Positions 1 to 9,143 of a stretch of 43,276 nt of DNA are shown here, piece by piece. Position 1 is the first letter of the stretch. Each line of letters opens with the position of its first letter. Below the pieces are notes generated by a model. The model did no database searches. It saw only the letters and a list, made by a program, of their open reading frames with translations, and was not told where the DNA came from. Origin of the DNA: Propionicimonas sp. Its GTDB lineage: Bacteria > Actinomycetota > Actinomycetes > Propionibacteriales > Propionibacteriaceae. Made by a program: the position numbers and the translations under genes. The stretch covers positions 1 through 43,276 of the forward strand of contig JBAVKY010000025.1 in assembly GCA_049688555.1 (NCBI GenBank). Direction: 5' to 3'.

Positions 1-237
1 GGCCTCCTGCGCCTGCTTCTTGGTGCCGACGAACAAGACCTGGCCGCCCTTGGCCACGGTCTCCTTCACGAAGGCGTACGCGGCGTCGATGTACGAGAGC
101 GACTGCTGCAGGTCAATGATGTAGATGCCATTGCGCTCGGCGAAGATGAACCGCTTCATCTTCGGGTTCCAGCGACGGGTCTGGTGCCCGAAGTGGACTC
201 CGCTGTCGAGCAGTTGGCGTGTGGTAACGACGGCCAT
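1..237 (-). CDS. rpsB: 30S ribosomal protein S2, N-terminal part (runs off the window)
   Basis: Manual translation from ATG at 237: [43 protein letters not shown]...[12 protein letters not shown], the S2 signature. SD GAAAGGAA upstream. Not in the ORF track. Confidence 0.98.
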   Translation of the reverse strand, partial: MAVVTTRQLLDSGVHFGHQTRRWNPKMKRFIFAERNGIYIIDLQQSLSYIDAAYAFVKETVAKGGQVLFVGTKKQAQEA

Positions 238-249
238 GGCCGTTCCTTT

Positions 250-415
250 CTACGCAGGTCGGGATGTACCCAATCCGCTTGGGTTGCCGGAGTCGAGCTC
301 TTCGACTCCCCTGACGCAGTCGCCTACTGACCACCCTGGTGAGGGACCTCGGGCTTCGGCCCGCCTGCCGGCGGAGAGACTGCATGCGAAGTCGACCCAG
401 ATCGGCCGGGTCGCT
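250..415 (-). ncRNA. rpsB 5' leader (putative S2 autoregulatory, t44-like structure)
   Basis: -10 TAGACT at 422-427 (minus). 5' hairpin CGACCCGG..CTGGGTCG (~392-412). GCAGTC can pair with GACTGC, followed by GTCAGGGG. Position matches known rpsB leaders. Confidence 0.6.
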
Positions 416-463
416 GTGGTGAGTCTACGTCGTGGGCCCGCACCGGCGCCAACCGCGACGGAG

Positions 464-490
464 TTGTGCACAGGCTTGTGGTTGTCCACA
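464..490 (+). promoter_or_regulatory. Two DnaA-box-like nonamers
   Basis: TTGTGCACA (464-472) and TTGTCCACA (482-490), same orientation, 18 bp apart. Confidence 0.5.
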
Positions 491-562
491 GCGGTCGCCA
501 TCCGGCGGCGCAGCTGCGGTCATCGTCGCGACACTTCCCGGGTGGACGAAGGGAGGCCCGCC

Positions 563-1498
563 ATGGTGGCACGCCGCATGGTCGCGGTCGGGGTCGCGAC
601 GGTGTCGTGCTGGGTACTGCTGGCACCCGCTGCCCAGGCCCTCACGGGGGTTCTTCCCGTGCCGGGACCGGTCGTGGTGGCCTTCGACCCGCCGGCCCAG
701 CCCTGGCTCAGTGGCCATCGCGGGGTTGATCTCGTGGCCGAACCCGGCAGCGCCGTCCGTGCCTCCGCAGTGGGACGGGTGGTGTTCGCCGGCCAGGTGG
801 GCGGCAAACCGGTCGTCGTGGTCAGCCACGGCGAGCTTCGGACGACCTACGAACCGGTGCGAGCAGCGATCGGCGTCGGGGCGCAGGTGCGGGTTGGAGA
901 GCCAGTCGGGACGCTGGTCGCGGGCCACTCCTGCCCCGGTGGGAACTGTCTGCACTGGGGCCTCAAGCGCGGCGAGGAGTACCTCGACCCGCTGGGCCTG
1001 CTGGACGCAGCGCAGCTGCGGCTGTTGCCGGCCGACGCTGCGGCGCTGGCGCAGGCACTGGCTACGGCCCGCGACGTGGCGTTGTCGGCCGGGCAGGGGA
1101 TTGCCGGGGTACTCAGCCGTCCGGTTCCTGGGGGGATCAGCTCGGCATTCGGACGCCGTCTTCACCCGATCTTCCATGAGTGGCGAATGCACGAAGGAGT
1201 CGACCTCTCAGCAGGGTGCGGCACCGCGATCCAGGCCGCAGCCCCCGGAACAGTGCTTTCCGCGAGCTTCGACTCCTCAGGCGGTCATCGCCTGATCATC
1301 GACCACGGCATGGTGGGCGGCCACCGACTCACCAGCTCCTACCTGCACGCGCAGGGCTACCTCGTCCACGCCGGGCAGCGGGTGTTCCGAGGGCAGGTCG
1401 TCGGGACGGTCGGAAGCACCGGCTGGAGCACCGGGTGTCACCTGCATTTCTCGGTCAAGGTCGACGGCCGCCACGTTGACCCAGCCGGTTTCCTGTGA
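563..1498 (+). CDS. Secreted M23-family metallopeptidase with two M23 domains
   Basis: GGAGG SD before ATG 563. Signal peptide ending AAQA. Domain 1: HRGVDL...CLHWG. Domain 2: HEGVDL...CHLHF...VDP. Confidence 0.88.
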   Translation: MVARRMVAVGVATVSCWVLLAPAAQALTGVLPVPGPVVVAFDPPAQPWLSGHRGVDLVAEPGSAVRASAVGRVVFAGQVGGKPVVVVSHGELRTTYEPVRAAIGVGAQVRVGEPVGTLVAGHSCPGGNCLHWGLKRGEEYLDPLGLLDAAQLRLLPADAAALAQALATARDVALSAGQGIAGVLSRPVPGGISSAFGRRLHPIFHEWRMHEGVDLSAGCGTAIQAAAPGTVLSASFDSSGGHRLIIDHGMVGGHRLTSSYLHAQGYLVHAGQRVFRGQVVGTVGSTGWSTGCHLHFSVKVDGRHVDPAGFL

Positions 1499-1501
1499 TC
1501 G

Positions 1502-2479
1502 TCAGGCCCGGGGGTGTGCCTGACGGAACGCCGCGCGAAGCCGGTCTCCCGACACATGGGTGTAGATCTGAGTGGTGGCCAGGGAACTGTGTCCTAGGAT
1601 TTCCTGAACCGAGCGGAGGTCCGCCCCGCCCTCCAGCAGGTGCGTGGCCATGGCGTGGCGCAGTCCGTGCGGACCCAGGTCGGGGGCGTCCGGCGCTTCC
1701 CCCAGCGCCCGGTGGACGATCCGGCGCACCACCCGCGGATCGATCCGGGCGCCGCGATCGCCGAGGAACACGGCCCGGCCTGCCTCGGGACCCGCCACGC
1801 GGCCGCGAGCCTCGAGCCAGGCGTCAAGCGCGCGTAGGGCGGGGCGTCCCAACGGCACGACCCTCTCCTTGCCTCCCTTGCCCAGCACACGGAGCGCTTC
1901 GTGGTCGCGATCAAGGTCCTCGAGATCGACACCGCACAGTTCGGAGACCCGGATCCCGCTGGCGTAGAGCACCTCCACGATTGCCAGATCACGGCGTGCG
2001 CTGGCGATCGCAGCGGTCCCCTTGGCGGCGGTCACCTGGTCGGCCAGTGCATCCAGCACCTCACGCGCCTGGTCCACCTCCAGGGTGGGCGGCAGGCGGC
2101 GGTCGACCCGTGGCGAGCGCAGCCCAACTGCCGGGTCACGGGTGAGGCGCCCCGTGCGGACGGCCCAGGCGAAGAACGTTCGGACGCAAGCGGCCCTGCG
2201 TTGCAGCGTCGCCCGTTCCAGGTGGGCAGCGTGCTGGACGGCCAACCATCGGCGCAGGGTTCGGATGTCCACGGCGCTCACATCCTCCTCAGCCACCCGG
2301 ACCAGGTGGCTGAACAGGCTGGTGAGGTCACCCGCGTAGGCGCGGACGGTGTGAGGTGACAGGTTTCGTTCAGCCTTCAAATGACGAAGATAGGCGTCCA
2401 ACAACGCGGTCTGTTGAGGTGTCAGGCCCGGCTCCTCGCCCGGCATGACGAGCTCCGCGTCAACCGGAGGGACTGCCAT
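1502..2479 (-). CDS. xerC: Tyrosine recombinase XerC
   Basis: ERNLSPHTVRAY N-domain. Catalytic motifs GIRVSEL, GKGGKER, HGLRH, LGH, TQIYTHV. Located next to rpsB/M23. Start 2479 or 2446. Confidence 0.9.
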   Translation of the reverse strand: MAVPPVDAELVMPGEEPGLTPQQTALLDAYLRHLKAERNLSPHTVRAYAGDLTSLFSHLVRVAEEDVSAVDIRTLRRWLAVQHAAHLERATLQRRAACVRTFFAWAVRTGRLTRDPAVGLRSPRVDRRLPPTLEVDQAREVLDALADQVTAAKGTAAIASARRDLAIVEVLYASGIRVSELCGVDLEDLDRDHEALRVLGKGGKERVVPLGRPALRALDAWLEARGRVAGPEAGRAVFLGDRGARIDPRVVRRIVHRALGEAPDAPDLGPHGLRHAMATHLLEGGADLRSVQEILGHSSLATTQIYTHVSGDRLRAAFRQAHPRA

Positions 2480-2579
2480 GGGTTCAGCGTCGCCCGGCCA
2501 CCAGCCCGGCGCAAGCCGCCACGCGTCCAGCCTCGTATGATGGCGCCCGGTAACGGCACGGCGAACAGCGAGGGCGGGC

Positions 2580-3167
2580 ATGGGAATCGAGGATCTGATG
2601 ACCGGGGGTACGGTGCTTCCGATCACCCGGTGGGGTACCCCGGTCATGCACACCCCCACGGCGCCGGTCACTCGATTCGACGACGAGCTGCACCAGTTGG
2701 TGCGTGACATGTTCGCGACCATGGCCGCAGCGCGCGGCGTGGGCCTGGCCGCCACGCAGGTGGGGCTGGGTATCGCCCTGTTCATCTACGACTGTCCTGA
2801 TGCTGACGACATCCACCGCCAGGGTGTCGTCTGCAACCCGGTCGTCACCACACCTCAAGGCGACGCGCGTCGCCTTGAATCCGAGGACGAGGGGTGCCTG
2901 TCCTTACCGGGCGGGTACCAGCCGCTGGCCCGCCCAGATCTGGCGACCTGCGTCGGGGTCGATCCGTTCGGTAAGCCCCTGGCCATTGAAGGCACCGGCA
3001 TGCTCGCCCGGTGCTTGCAGCACGAGACCGATCACCTCAACGGCCTTGTTTTCGGTGACCGGCTGTCGGGGCGGGTGCGGCGCAAGCTTTACGCCCAGCA
3101 CGACGAACTCGCCCACCTCTACCCCGAGGACTGGCCCGTTAGCCCGCGCCGCAGTTCAGCGTCGTAG
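2580..3167 (+). CDS. def: Peptide deformylase
   Basis: GVGLAATQVG, EGCLS and QHETDHLNG motifs. -10 TATGAT at 2536-2541. Confidence 0.96.
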   Translation: MGIEDLMTGGTVLPITRWGTPVMHTPTAPVTRFDDELHQLVRDMFATMAAARGVGLAATQVGLGIALFIYDCPDADDIHRQGVVCNPVVTTPQGDARRLESEDEGCLSLPGGYQPLARPDLATCVGVDPFGKPLAIEGTGMLARCLQHETDHLNGLVFGDRLSGRVRRKLYAQHDELAHLYPEDWPVSPRRSSAS

Positions 3168-3959
3168 CGCGTAGCAGGCGACGGCGCTGGCGGCAGCGAC
3201 GTTCAGCGAGTCGACGCCGGCAGTCATCGGGATGGTGACCACAAGGTCGGCACCCTGCAGAACCCGCTGGGAGAGTCCCGCGCCTTCAGTTCCGAGCACG
3301 ATCGCCACGCGTCGGCCGTCCAGCCGCCGGGCAGCCTCGTCCAGTTCGACGGCAGGTTCGTTCACAGCGAGAGCCGCCACGATGAATCCCGCCTCGCGCA
3401 ACGCGTCCACCAGGTCGATCCCCGGCGACAACCGTGCCCAGGGCAGCGAGAAGACCGTCCCCATGGACACCTTGATGGACCGGCGATAGAGCGGGTCGGC
3501 GCAGTGCGCGCTGACCAGGAGGCCGTTCCAGCCAAGCCCGGCAGCGTTTCGGATAACGGCCCCAACGTTGGTGTGGTCGACCAGATCCTCCAGCACCACC
3601 ACCCGTTGACCAGCCAGCACTTCGTCCACGGTGAAGCGCTGGCTGCGGTGTAGGGAGGCCAGAGCGCCGCGATGGACGTGGAACCCCGTGACGGCTTCGG
3701 CAAGCGCCTCGCTGACCAGATACACGGGGGCCTCCAGCCTGGCCACCAGGTCGGCCAATTCGTCGAGCCAACGCCGCGCCAACAGGAGGGAACGCGGCTG
3801 ATAGCCCGCCTCCACGGCACGACGGATGACCTTGGCTCCCTCGGCGATGAAGATGCCGCGGTCGGTCTCCAGCAACCGTCGCATGGTCGCCTCACGCAAC
3901 GAGACGTAGTCGGACAGCCTCGGGTCGTCTGCCGAGTCGATCTCGATCACCTGGGCCAC
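3156..3959 (-). CDS. TrmH/SpoU family RNA methyltransferase
   Basis: DHTNVGAVIRNA, LGTEGAGLS and IPM..GVDSLNVAAA SPOUT motifs. GTG 7 nt after TAGACT. Confidence 0.92.
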   Translation of the reverse strand: MAQVIEIDSADDPRLSDYVSLREATMRRLLETDRGIFIAEGAKVIRRAVEAGYQPRSLLLARRWLDELADLVARLEAPVYLVSEALAEAVTGFHVHRGALASLHRSQRFTVDEVLAGQRVVVLEDLVDHTNVGAVIRNAAGLGWNGLLVSAHCADPLYRRSIKVSMGTVFSLPWARLSPGIDLVDALREAGFIVAALAVNEPAVELDEAARRLDGRRVAIVLGTEGAGLSQRVLQGADLVVTIPMTAGVDSLNVAAASAVACYALRR

Positions 3960-4033
3960 GGCCGCGAGTCTAGGCCCCACCAGGGCCGATCCCCGGGAAG
4001 GACCGGGGGCCCAGGACTCACTAGGATGACCTG

Positions 4034-5026
4034 GTGTCCTGGCTCTCCCGACTGCCCATCGATCGCTTTCTGCTGGCGATCATCGCGGCCGCCGTGCTGG
4101 CTAGCATCTTCCCGGCCAGCGGCGTCGTCATTGTCGTGGTTGAGTGGGCAACGACGCTGGCGATCGCGGCCCTGTTCTTCCTCTACGGTGCTCGGCTGAG
4201 CCCGCAGGAGACCCTCGCCGGGCTCAAGCACTGGCGGTTGCACCTGTTGATCCTGGCTTTCACCTACCTGGTGTTTCCGCTGCTCGGGTTGGGCATCGCG
4301 ACCCTGGGAGCCTCGTGGCTGAGTCCCGCGCTGATGGCCGGGGTGCTCTACCTGACGCTGGTCCCTTCCACCGTCCAGTCCTCCATCGCGTTCACCTCGG
4401 TTGCCAAGGGAAACGTCGCGGGAGCGGTGGTCAGCGCCTCAGCCTCCAACATCCTGGGGGTCTTCCTCACTCCCCTGTTGTGCTGGTTGCTCATGACCAG
4501 CACCGGCAAGGTGGTGTTCACCGCTTCGACGGTCATCGACATCGCGCTGCAACTGTTCCTGCCGTTCATCCTGGGCCAGCTGTCACGGCGCTGGACGGCC
4601 GGGTACGTCAAAGCCCACCCAGGCCTGAAGCTGTTTGATCGGGGCTCGATCGTCCTGGTGGTCTACGGAGCGTTCTCGGCTGGCATGCGCGAGAACATGT
4701 GGGCGCAGACCTCCCTCTCGGAGATCCTCATCCTGCTGGCCATCTGCCTGGTGATCCTCGTCGCCATGCTCAGCCTCACCTGGTGGACGGCACGGCGGCT
4801 CGGCTTCACCCGCGCGGACGTGATCGCGATCCAGTTCTGCGGCACTAAGAAGTCACTCGCCAGCGGTCTGCCGATGGCCGGCGTCCTGTTCGCCGGGCAA
4901 CCCGTCGGGCTACTCGTGCTGCCGCTGATGATGTTCCACCAAGCGCAACTGATGGCCTGCGCGAGCCTGGCCAGCCGTTACGCCAAGCAGCCCGAGCAAT
5001 CAGGGGCCGAGGCCAGCCTCAACTGA
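4034..5026 (+). CDS. Bile acid:sodium symporter-like (SBF-like) transporter
   Basis: Multiple TM helices. LFFLYGARLS, PSTVQSSIAFT, FCGTKKSLASGLPM and HQAQL motifs. Confidence 0.9.
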   Translation: MSWLSRLPIDRFLLAIIAAAVLASIFPASGVVIVVVEWATTLAIAALFFLYGARLSPQETLAGLKHWRLHLLILAFTYLVFPLLGLGIATLGASWLSPALMAGVLYLTLVPSTVQSSIAFTSVAKGNVAGAVVSASASNILGVFLTPLLCWLLMTSTGKVVFTASTVIDIALQLFLPFILGQLSRRWTAGYVKAHPGLKLFDRGSIVLVVYGAFSAGMRENMWAQTSLSEILILLAICLVILVAMLSLTWWTARRLGFTRADVIAIQFCGTKKSLASGLPMAGVLFAGQPVGLLVLPLMMFHQAQLMACASLASRYAKQPEQSGAEASLN

Positions 5027-5729
5027 GTGGCGGCGACTCCGCGCTACCCGGCCGCCACACCCAACGCCAGCCACGAGCCTGCTCGATCGCCACCCGGTCG
5101 TAGAGCAGCCACCACACCACGATCGTCGCGGCCACCCCCGCGAGGACTCCGAAGACCGCGTCGGAGAGCCAATGGGCGTTGACCAAGGTGCGCTGCCACA
5201 CCATGCCGCCACACAGCAGCACCGACGCCGTCGCCCACCACCTCCGGTGGGCGACTGGCAGCAGGATGCCGACGGCCACCACCGCGAAACCCATGGCCAG
5301 TGCGTGACCCGACGGGAACGAGCCATGATCCACCGCCACCCACGGGCCGTGCAGCCCCAAGGCCGGATCGGGGCTGGGGCGTGGTCGGTCGACCAACTGC
5401 TTGGTGCCTTGCGACACCAATCCAGGGCCCAGCAAGGCCGCACTCAGGACGAAGGCCAGCGTCCACCACCGTCTACCGGCCAGTAACGCCAGGCTGACGC
5501 CAGCCAGCAACGTGTAGCCCAGCCCGTAGCCGAACTGCTCGAAGAACCAGAACAGGGGCCCGCTGACCGGAGCATCGGCACCAACCCAGGCTCGCCAGGC
5601 GTCGTCCAGCGGCTGGGTGACGGGCGGCTGCGCCACCATCAGATGCCCAGCCATCAGGGCGAACAACCCCAGCATGAGGACAGCCCCCACCAGCGGTCCG
5701 GGGGGTCGGGCGGACGGGGGCCGGATCAT
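5019..5729 (-). CDS. PAP2-family membrane phosphatase
   Basis: K..VDRPRP, SFPSGH and R....AHWLSD motifs. ATG 7 nt after TACGAT. Confidence 0.9.
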   Translation of the reverse strand: MIRPPSARPPGPLVGAVLMLGLFALMAGHLMVAQPPVTQPLDDAWRAWVGADAPVSGPLFWFFEQFGYGLGYTLLAGVSLALLAGRRWWTLAFVLSAALLGPGLVSQGTKQLVDRPRPSPDPALGLHGPWVAVDHGSFPSGHALAMGFAVVAVGILLPVAHRRWWATASVLLCGGMVWQRTLVNAHWLSDAVFGVLAGVAATIVVWWLLYDRVAIEQARGWRWVWRPGSAESPPLS

Positions 5730-5764
5730 GGGCGTGATCGTACCCACGCCAGCCAATGCGGCGG

Positions 5765-6958
5765 TCAGGCCCGCCCAGGCTCTGGTTGTGGCTCCGGCTC
5801 GACGGACGGTCCCGGATCCGGCGAATCGGGACCCGCGGCCTCCAGTGCCGGGGCATCGGTGCGCAGGTACGAAGCGCGACGTCCCGCCAGCGCTGCGGCT
5901 TCGGCAATGGCGTTGTGGACCGATCGCTGCGACTGCGCCTCATCGGCCACCTTCTGCGCTTCGATCTCCGCGAAAACATCCACCTTCTCGGGGGCCGAGA
6001 ATTCGCCCGCTGTCTCGACCTCGCCGGCTGCAACCCCGGTTGGCCCGGCGACGGCCGGTACTCCCAGCATGCCGCCCAGACCCCTGAGCGCATCGTTGAG
6101 TTCGCTCGGGATGATCCACAGCTTGTTGGAGTCGCCCTGAGCCATCTTCGGCAGCATCTGCAGGTATTGGTAGGCGAGCAGGGAGTGGGTGGGGCGGGCG
6201 GCGTGGATCGCGGAGAACGTGGTGGTAATGGCCTGCGCCTCGCCTTCGGCACGCAGCATCGACGCCTGCCGATCCGCCTGGGCACGCAGCACCGCCGACT
6301 CGCGCTCGCCCTGGGCTCGCAGAATCGACGACTCCCGGTCGCCGCTGGCGGACAGGATCTGGGACTGACGCTGTCCCTCAGCCAACAGGATCGCGGCCCG
6401 CTTGTCGCGCTCGGCGCGGGCGCCCTTCTCCATGGCGTCCCTGATGGTGGCTGGCGGCTCGATCGAGCGAAGCTCCACCCGGTTCACCTTGATGCCCCAC
6501 TTGCCGGTGGCCTCGTCCAGCACGACGCGCAGCTTGTGGTTGATTTCTTCGCGGCTGGTGAGGGCCTGCTCCAGATCGAGTCCGCCGATGATGTTGCGCA
6601 GGGTCGTCATGGTCAGCTGCTCGATGGCCTGGATGTAGTTCTGGGCCTCGTACGCGGCGCGGACGGGGTCGGTCACCTGGAAGTAGATCACCGAGTCGAT
6701 GCTCACCATCAGGTTGTCCTCGGTGATAACCCCCTGCGGCGGGAAGGGCACGACCACCTCACGCATGTCCATGCGGTAGCGGACAGAGTCGATGAACGGC
6801 ACCAGCAGGTGTGGGCCGGGGTCCAGGGTGCGTCGGAACTTGCCGAGACGTTCCACGACGGCGACTTGCTGTTGCCGGATCACCTTGACGCTGCGGACCA
6901 TGATGATGACCACCACCAGGATCACGACGAGCCAAGCGACGAGAGCGAACGGGAACAT
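5765..6958 (-). CDS. SPFH/band-7 (stomatin-like) membrane protein
   Basis: N-terminal TM; VVERLGKF, VITEDN, LTSREEIN, WGIKVNRVEL, AERDKRAAIL.AEG. GGAGG SD. Confidence 0.95.
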   Translation of the reverse strand: MFPFALVAWLVVILVVVIIMVRSVKVIRQQQVAVVERLGKFRRTLDPGPHLLVPFIDSVRYRMDMREVVVPFPPQGVITEDNLMVSIDSVIYFQVTDPVRAAYEAQNYIQAIEQLTMTTLRNIIGGLDLEQALTSREEINHKLRVVLDEATGKWGIKVNRVELRSIEPPATIRDAMEKGARAERDKRAAILLAEGQRQSQILSASGDRESSILRAQGERESAVLRAQADRQASMLRAEGEAQAITTTFSAIHAARPTHSLLAYQYLQMLPKMAQGDSNKLWIIPSELNDALRGLGGMLGVPAVAGPTGVAAGEVETAGEFSAPEKVDVFAEIEAQKVADEAQSQRSVHNAIAEAAALAGRRASYLRTDAPALEAAGPDSPDPGPSVEPEPQPEPGRA

Positions 6959-7018
6959 GAATCCTCCAGTCAGGGGTGGGCTGCCCCCACCCAAGCTACC
7001 CGCTGAAGCGCTGAGACC

Positions 7019-7480
7019 TCACGGCAAGGCCTGGTGGCGCGGGTACACCACCGCAACCGCACCGTCCACCTGATAGACCTCCACCTCTGAGCCGGCCGGG
7101 ATGGTGGTGCCATCGACGCTGCGCGCCGTCCATGTCTCGCCGGCCACCTTGATCTCGCCCCCAGCTGCGGTGATCGCGGTCAGGGCCTGCCCGGTGCTGC
7201 CCACCATCTTGTCCAGCGACGAGCGGTAGCCGGGCATGGAGCGGATCTTCCGCAGCAGGGTCGGCCGTAGCAGGGCCAGCATCGCCACGGCCACCACGAT
7301 CGCCACGACGACCTGCAACCAGGGCAGACCAGGGAACAGCCACGCCGTACCCGCCCCGGCCAGCGCTCCAGAGGCGAGCATGAGCAGCGTGAAGTCGAGG
7401 GTGGTCACCTCGGCGATGGCGAGGCCACCCGCAACCAGGAGCCACACCATCCAGAGGTTGGCTGACAACCACTCGAACAC
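7019..7480 (-). CDS. NfeD-family membrane protein
   Basis: Three TM segments plus C-terminal OB fold (GEIKVAGETWTARS), directly upstream of the SPFH gene. AAGGAGG SD. Start 7480 or 7483. Confidence 0.9.
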   Translation of the reverse strand: MFEWLSANLWMVWLLVAGGLAIAEVTTLDFTLLMLASGALAGAGTAWLFPGLPWLQVVVAIVVAVAMLALLRPTLLRKIRSMPGYRSSLDKMVGSTGQALTAITAAGGEIKVAGETWTARSVDGTTIPAGSEVEVYQVDGAVAVVYPRHQALP

Positions 7481-7495
7481 CACGCCTCCTTGGGG

Positions 7496-8311
7496 TCAGG
7501 CGAGTCTGGTGGGAGGACGTCGCACCGCGCGTGATGCCGCCCGGGCGATCCAGCGTCCTTCTTCGTGGCGAACGTTGAGTAGGAGGTCGAAGGTGGCGCT
7601 GAGCAGCGGTCCGGTCAGGGTCCGTTCGATCGGTCCTGCGGCCACCACTTTGCCGTTCTTCAGCAACAGGGCGTGGGTGATGCCGCGTGGAATCTCTTCG
7701 ACGTGGTGGGTGACCAGGACGGTGGACGGCGCGAGTTCGTCCTCGCACAGGTCGCTCAATGCGGTCACCAGCGCTTCGCGTCCCGACAAGTCGAGTCCGG
7801 CGGCCGGTTCGTCCAGCAGCAGCAGCTCAGGGTCGGTCATCAGGGCCCGGGCGATCTGGACCCGCTTGCGTTCCCCTTCGCTCAGGGTGCCGAAGGTCCG
7901 GTCGCCTAAGTGGTCGACCTGCAGCTGGGACATCAGGCCGTGTGCCCGCTCATGGTCGGACTCGTCGTACTCTTCGCGCCAGCGGCCCATCACGGCGTAG
8001 GCAGCCGAGACGACCACGTCACGGACCCGCTCGCCCCGCGGGATCCGATCGGCAAGGGCCGCCGAGGCGACTCCGATCCGGGGGCGCAACTCGAACACGT
8101 CCACGGCCCCCAGCGTTTCGTCCAGAATCGTGGCGGTGCCGCGGGTCGGGTGCAGTTGGGCGGCCACGACCTGCAACAAGGTGGTCTTCCCCGCCCCGTT
8201 GGGACCGATCACGACCCAGCGCTCGCCGTCGGCCACCTTCCAGGACACGCTGTCGAGCAGCGTCGCCCCAGATCGGACGATCGTCACGCCCTCAAGTTCC
8301 ACCACCGCCAT
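7496..8311 (-). CDS. ABC transporter ATP-binding protein
   Basis: Walker A GPNGAGKTT, signature LSEGE, Walker B LLLLDEP, H-loop VTHH. Confidence 0.92.
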   Translation of the reverse strand: MAVVELEGVTIVRSGATLLDSVSWKVADGERWVVIGPNGAGKTTLLQVVAAQLHPTRGTATILDETLGAVDVFELRPRIGVASAALADRIPRGERVRDVVVSAAYAVMGRWREEYDESDHERAHGLMSQLQVDHLGDRTFGTLSEGERKRVQIARALMTDPELLLLDEPAAGLDLSGREALVTALSDLCEDELAPSTVLVTHHVEEIPRGITHALLLKNGKVVAAGPIERTLTGPLLSATFDLLLNVRHEEGRWIARAASRAVRRPPTRLA

Positions 8312-8357
8312 GGCCCCCAACCTACCTGCTGGCACCCCGGCCGGTGGACGACAAGCC

Positions 8358-9128
8358 CTAGGCGCCAGTCGCGTGCAGCCCGCCGTCCACGTGCAGCATC
8401 TCGCCGCTGGTGGAAGGGAACCAGTCACTCAGGAGCGCGACGACCGCCTTCGCAGTCGGGGTGAGATCCTTGGGGTCCCAGCCGAGCGGGGCCCGCGTAC
8501 CCCAGATGTTGTTGAACTCCTCTGCCCCAGGAATCGCCTTCTTCGCGATGGTCTCCAGCGGCCCGGCGGCCACCAGGTTGCACCGCACGCCCTCGGGGCC
8601 GAGGTAGCGGGCGAGGTAGCGGGAGGCGCTCTCCAGTGCCGCCTTCGAGACGCCCATCCAGTCGTACGTCGGCCACGTGACCCGCGCATCGAAGGTGAGG
8701 CCGACCACCGAGGCGGTCTCGGCGAACAACGGCTTACACGCCATGGTCAGGCTGACCAGCGAGTACGCAGAAGTGTGCAACGCAACGCTCACGTCGTCGA
8801 AGCCGGTGGTAAGGAACTTGCCGCCCAGTGCGGTCTCCGGATTGGCGTAGGCGATCGAGTGCACCACGCCGTCGAGGTGGTCCACGTGCTCGCGGAGGCG
8901 GTCTGCCAGACTCGCCAGGTGCTCCTCGTTGGTCACGTCGACCTCAAGGAGCGGCGGTACCGGGTCGAGGCGCTTCAGGACGCGCTCGGTCAGGCTCATC
9001 GCCCGACCGAAGTTCGACACCACCACGGTCGCACCTTCAGCCTGCGCGATTTCGGCGACCCGATAGCCGATCGAGGTGTTCATCGTCACCCCGGCGACCA
9101 GGATGTTCTTGCCCTCCAGAATGCCCAT
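8358..9128 (-). CDS. fabI: Enoyl-ACP reductase FabI (InhA-like)
   Basis: GKNILVAGV...SIG, VHSIAYA, YDWMGVSKAALES, VAAGP, HVDGG. Confidence 0.95.
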   Translation of the reverse strand: MGILEGKNILVAGVTMNTSIGYRVAEIAQAEGATVVVSNFGRAMSLTERVLKRLDPVPPLLEVDVTNEEHLASLADRLREHVDHLDGVVHSIAYANPETALGGKFLTTGFDDVSVALHTSAYSLVSLTMACKPLFAETASVVGLTFDARVTWPTYDWMGVSKAALESASRYLARYLGPEGVRCNLVAAGPLETIAKKAIPGAEEFNNIWGTRAPLGWDPKDLTPTAKAVVALLSDWFPSTSGEMLHVDGGLHATGA

Positions 9129-9143
9129 GTGACTGTCCTCTCC

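Noticed and set aside
464..490. Replication origin
   Set aside because: Only two boxes, no AT-rich unwinding element, no dnaA or dnaN nearby.
125..562. Long N-terminal extensions in the ORF track (M23, and likewise xerC, fabG, sufT and others)
   Set aside because: They overlap neighbouring genes or promoters; SD or -10 evidence supports shorter starts.
1502..2479. Tyrosine recombinase as integrase of a mobile element
   Set aside because: XerC-like size and motifs in a core rpsB context. No att repeats, tRNA, cargo or dif-like site seen.
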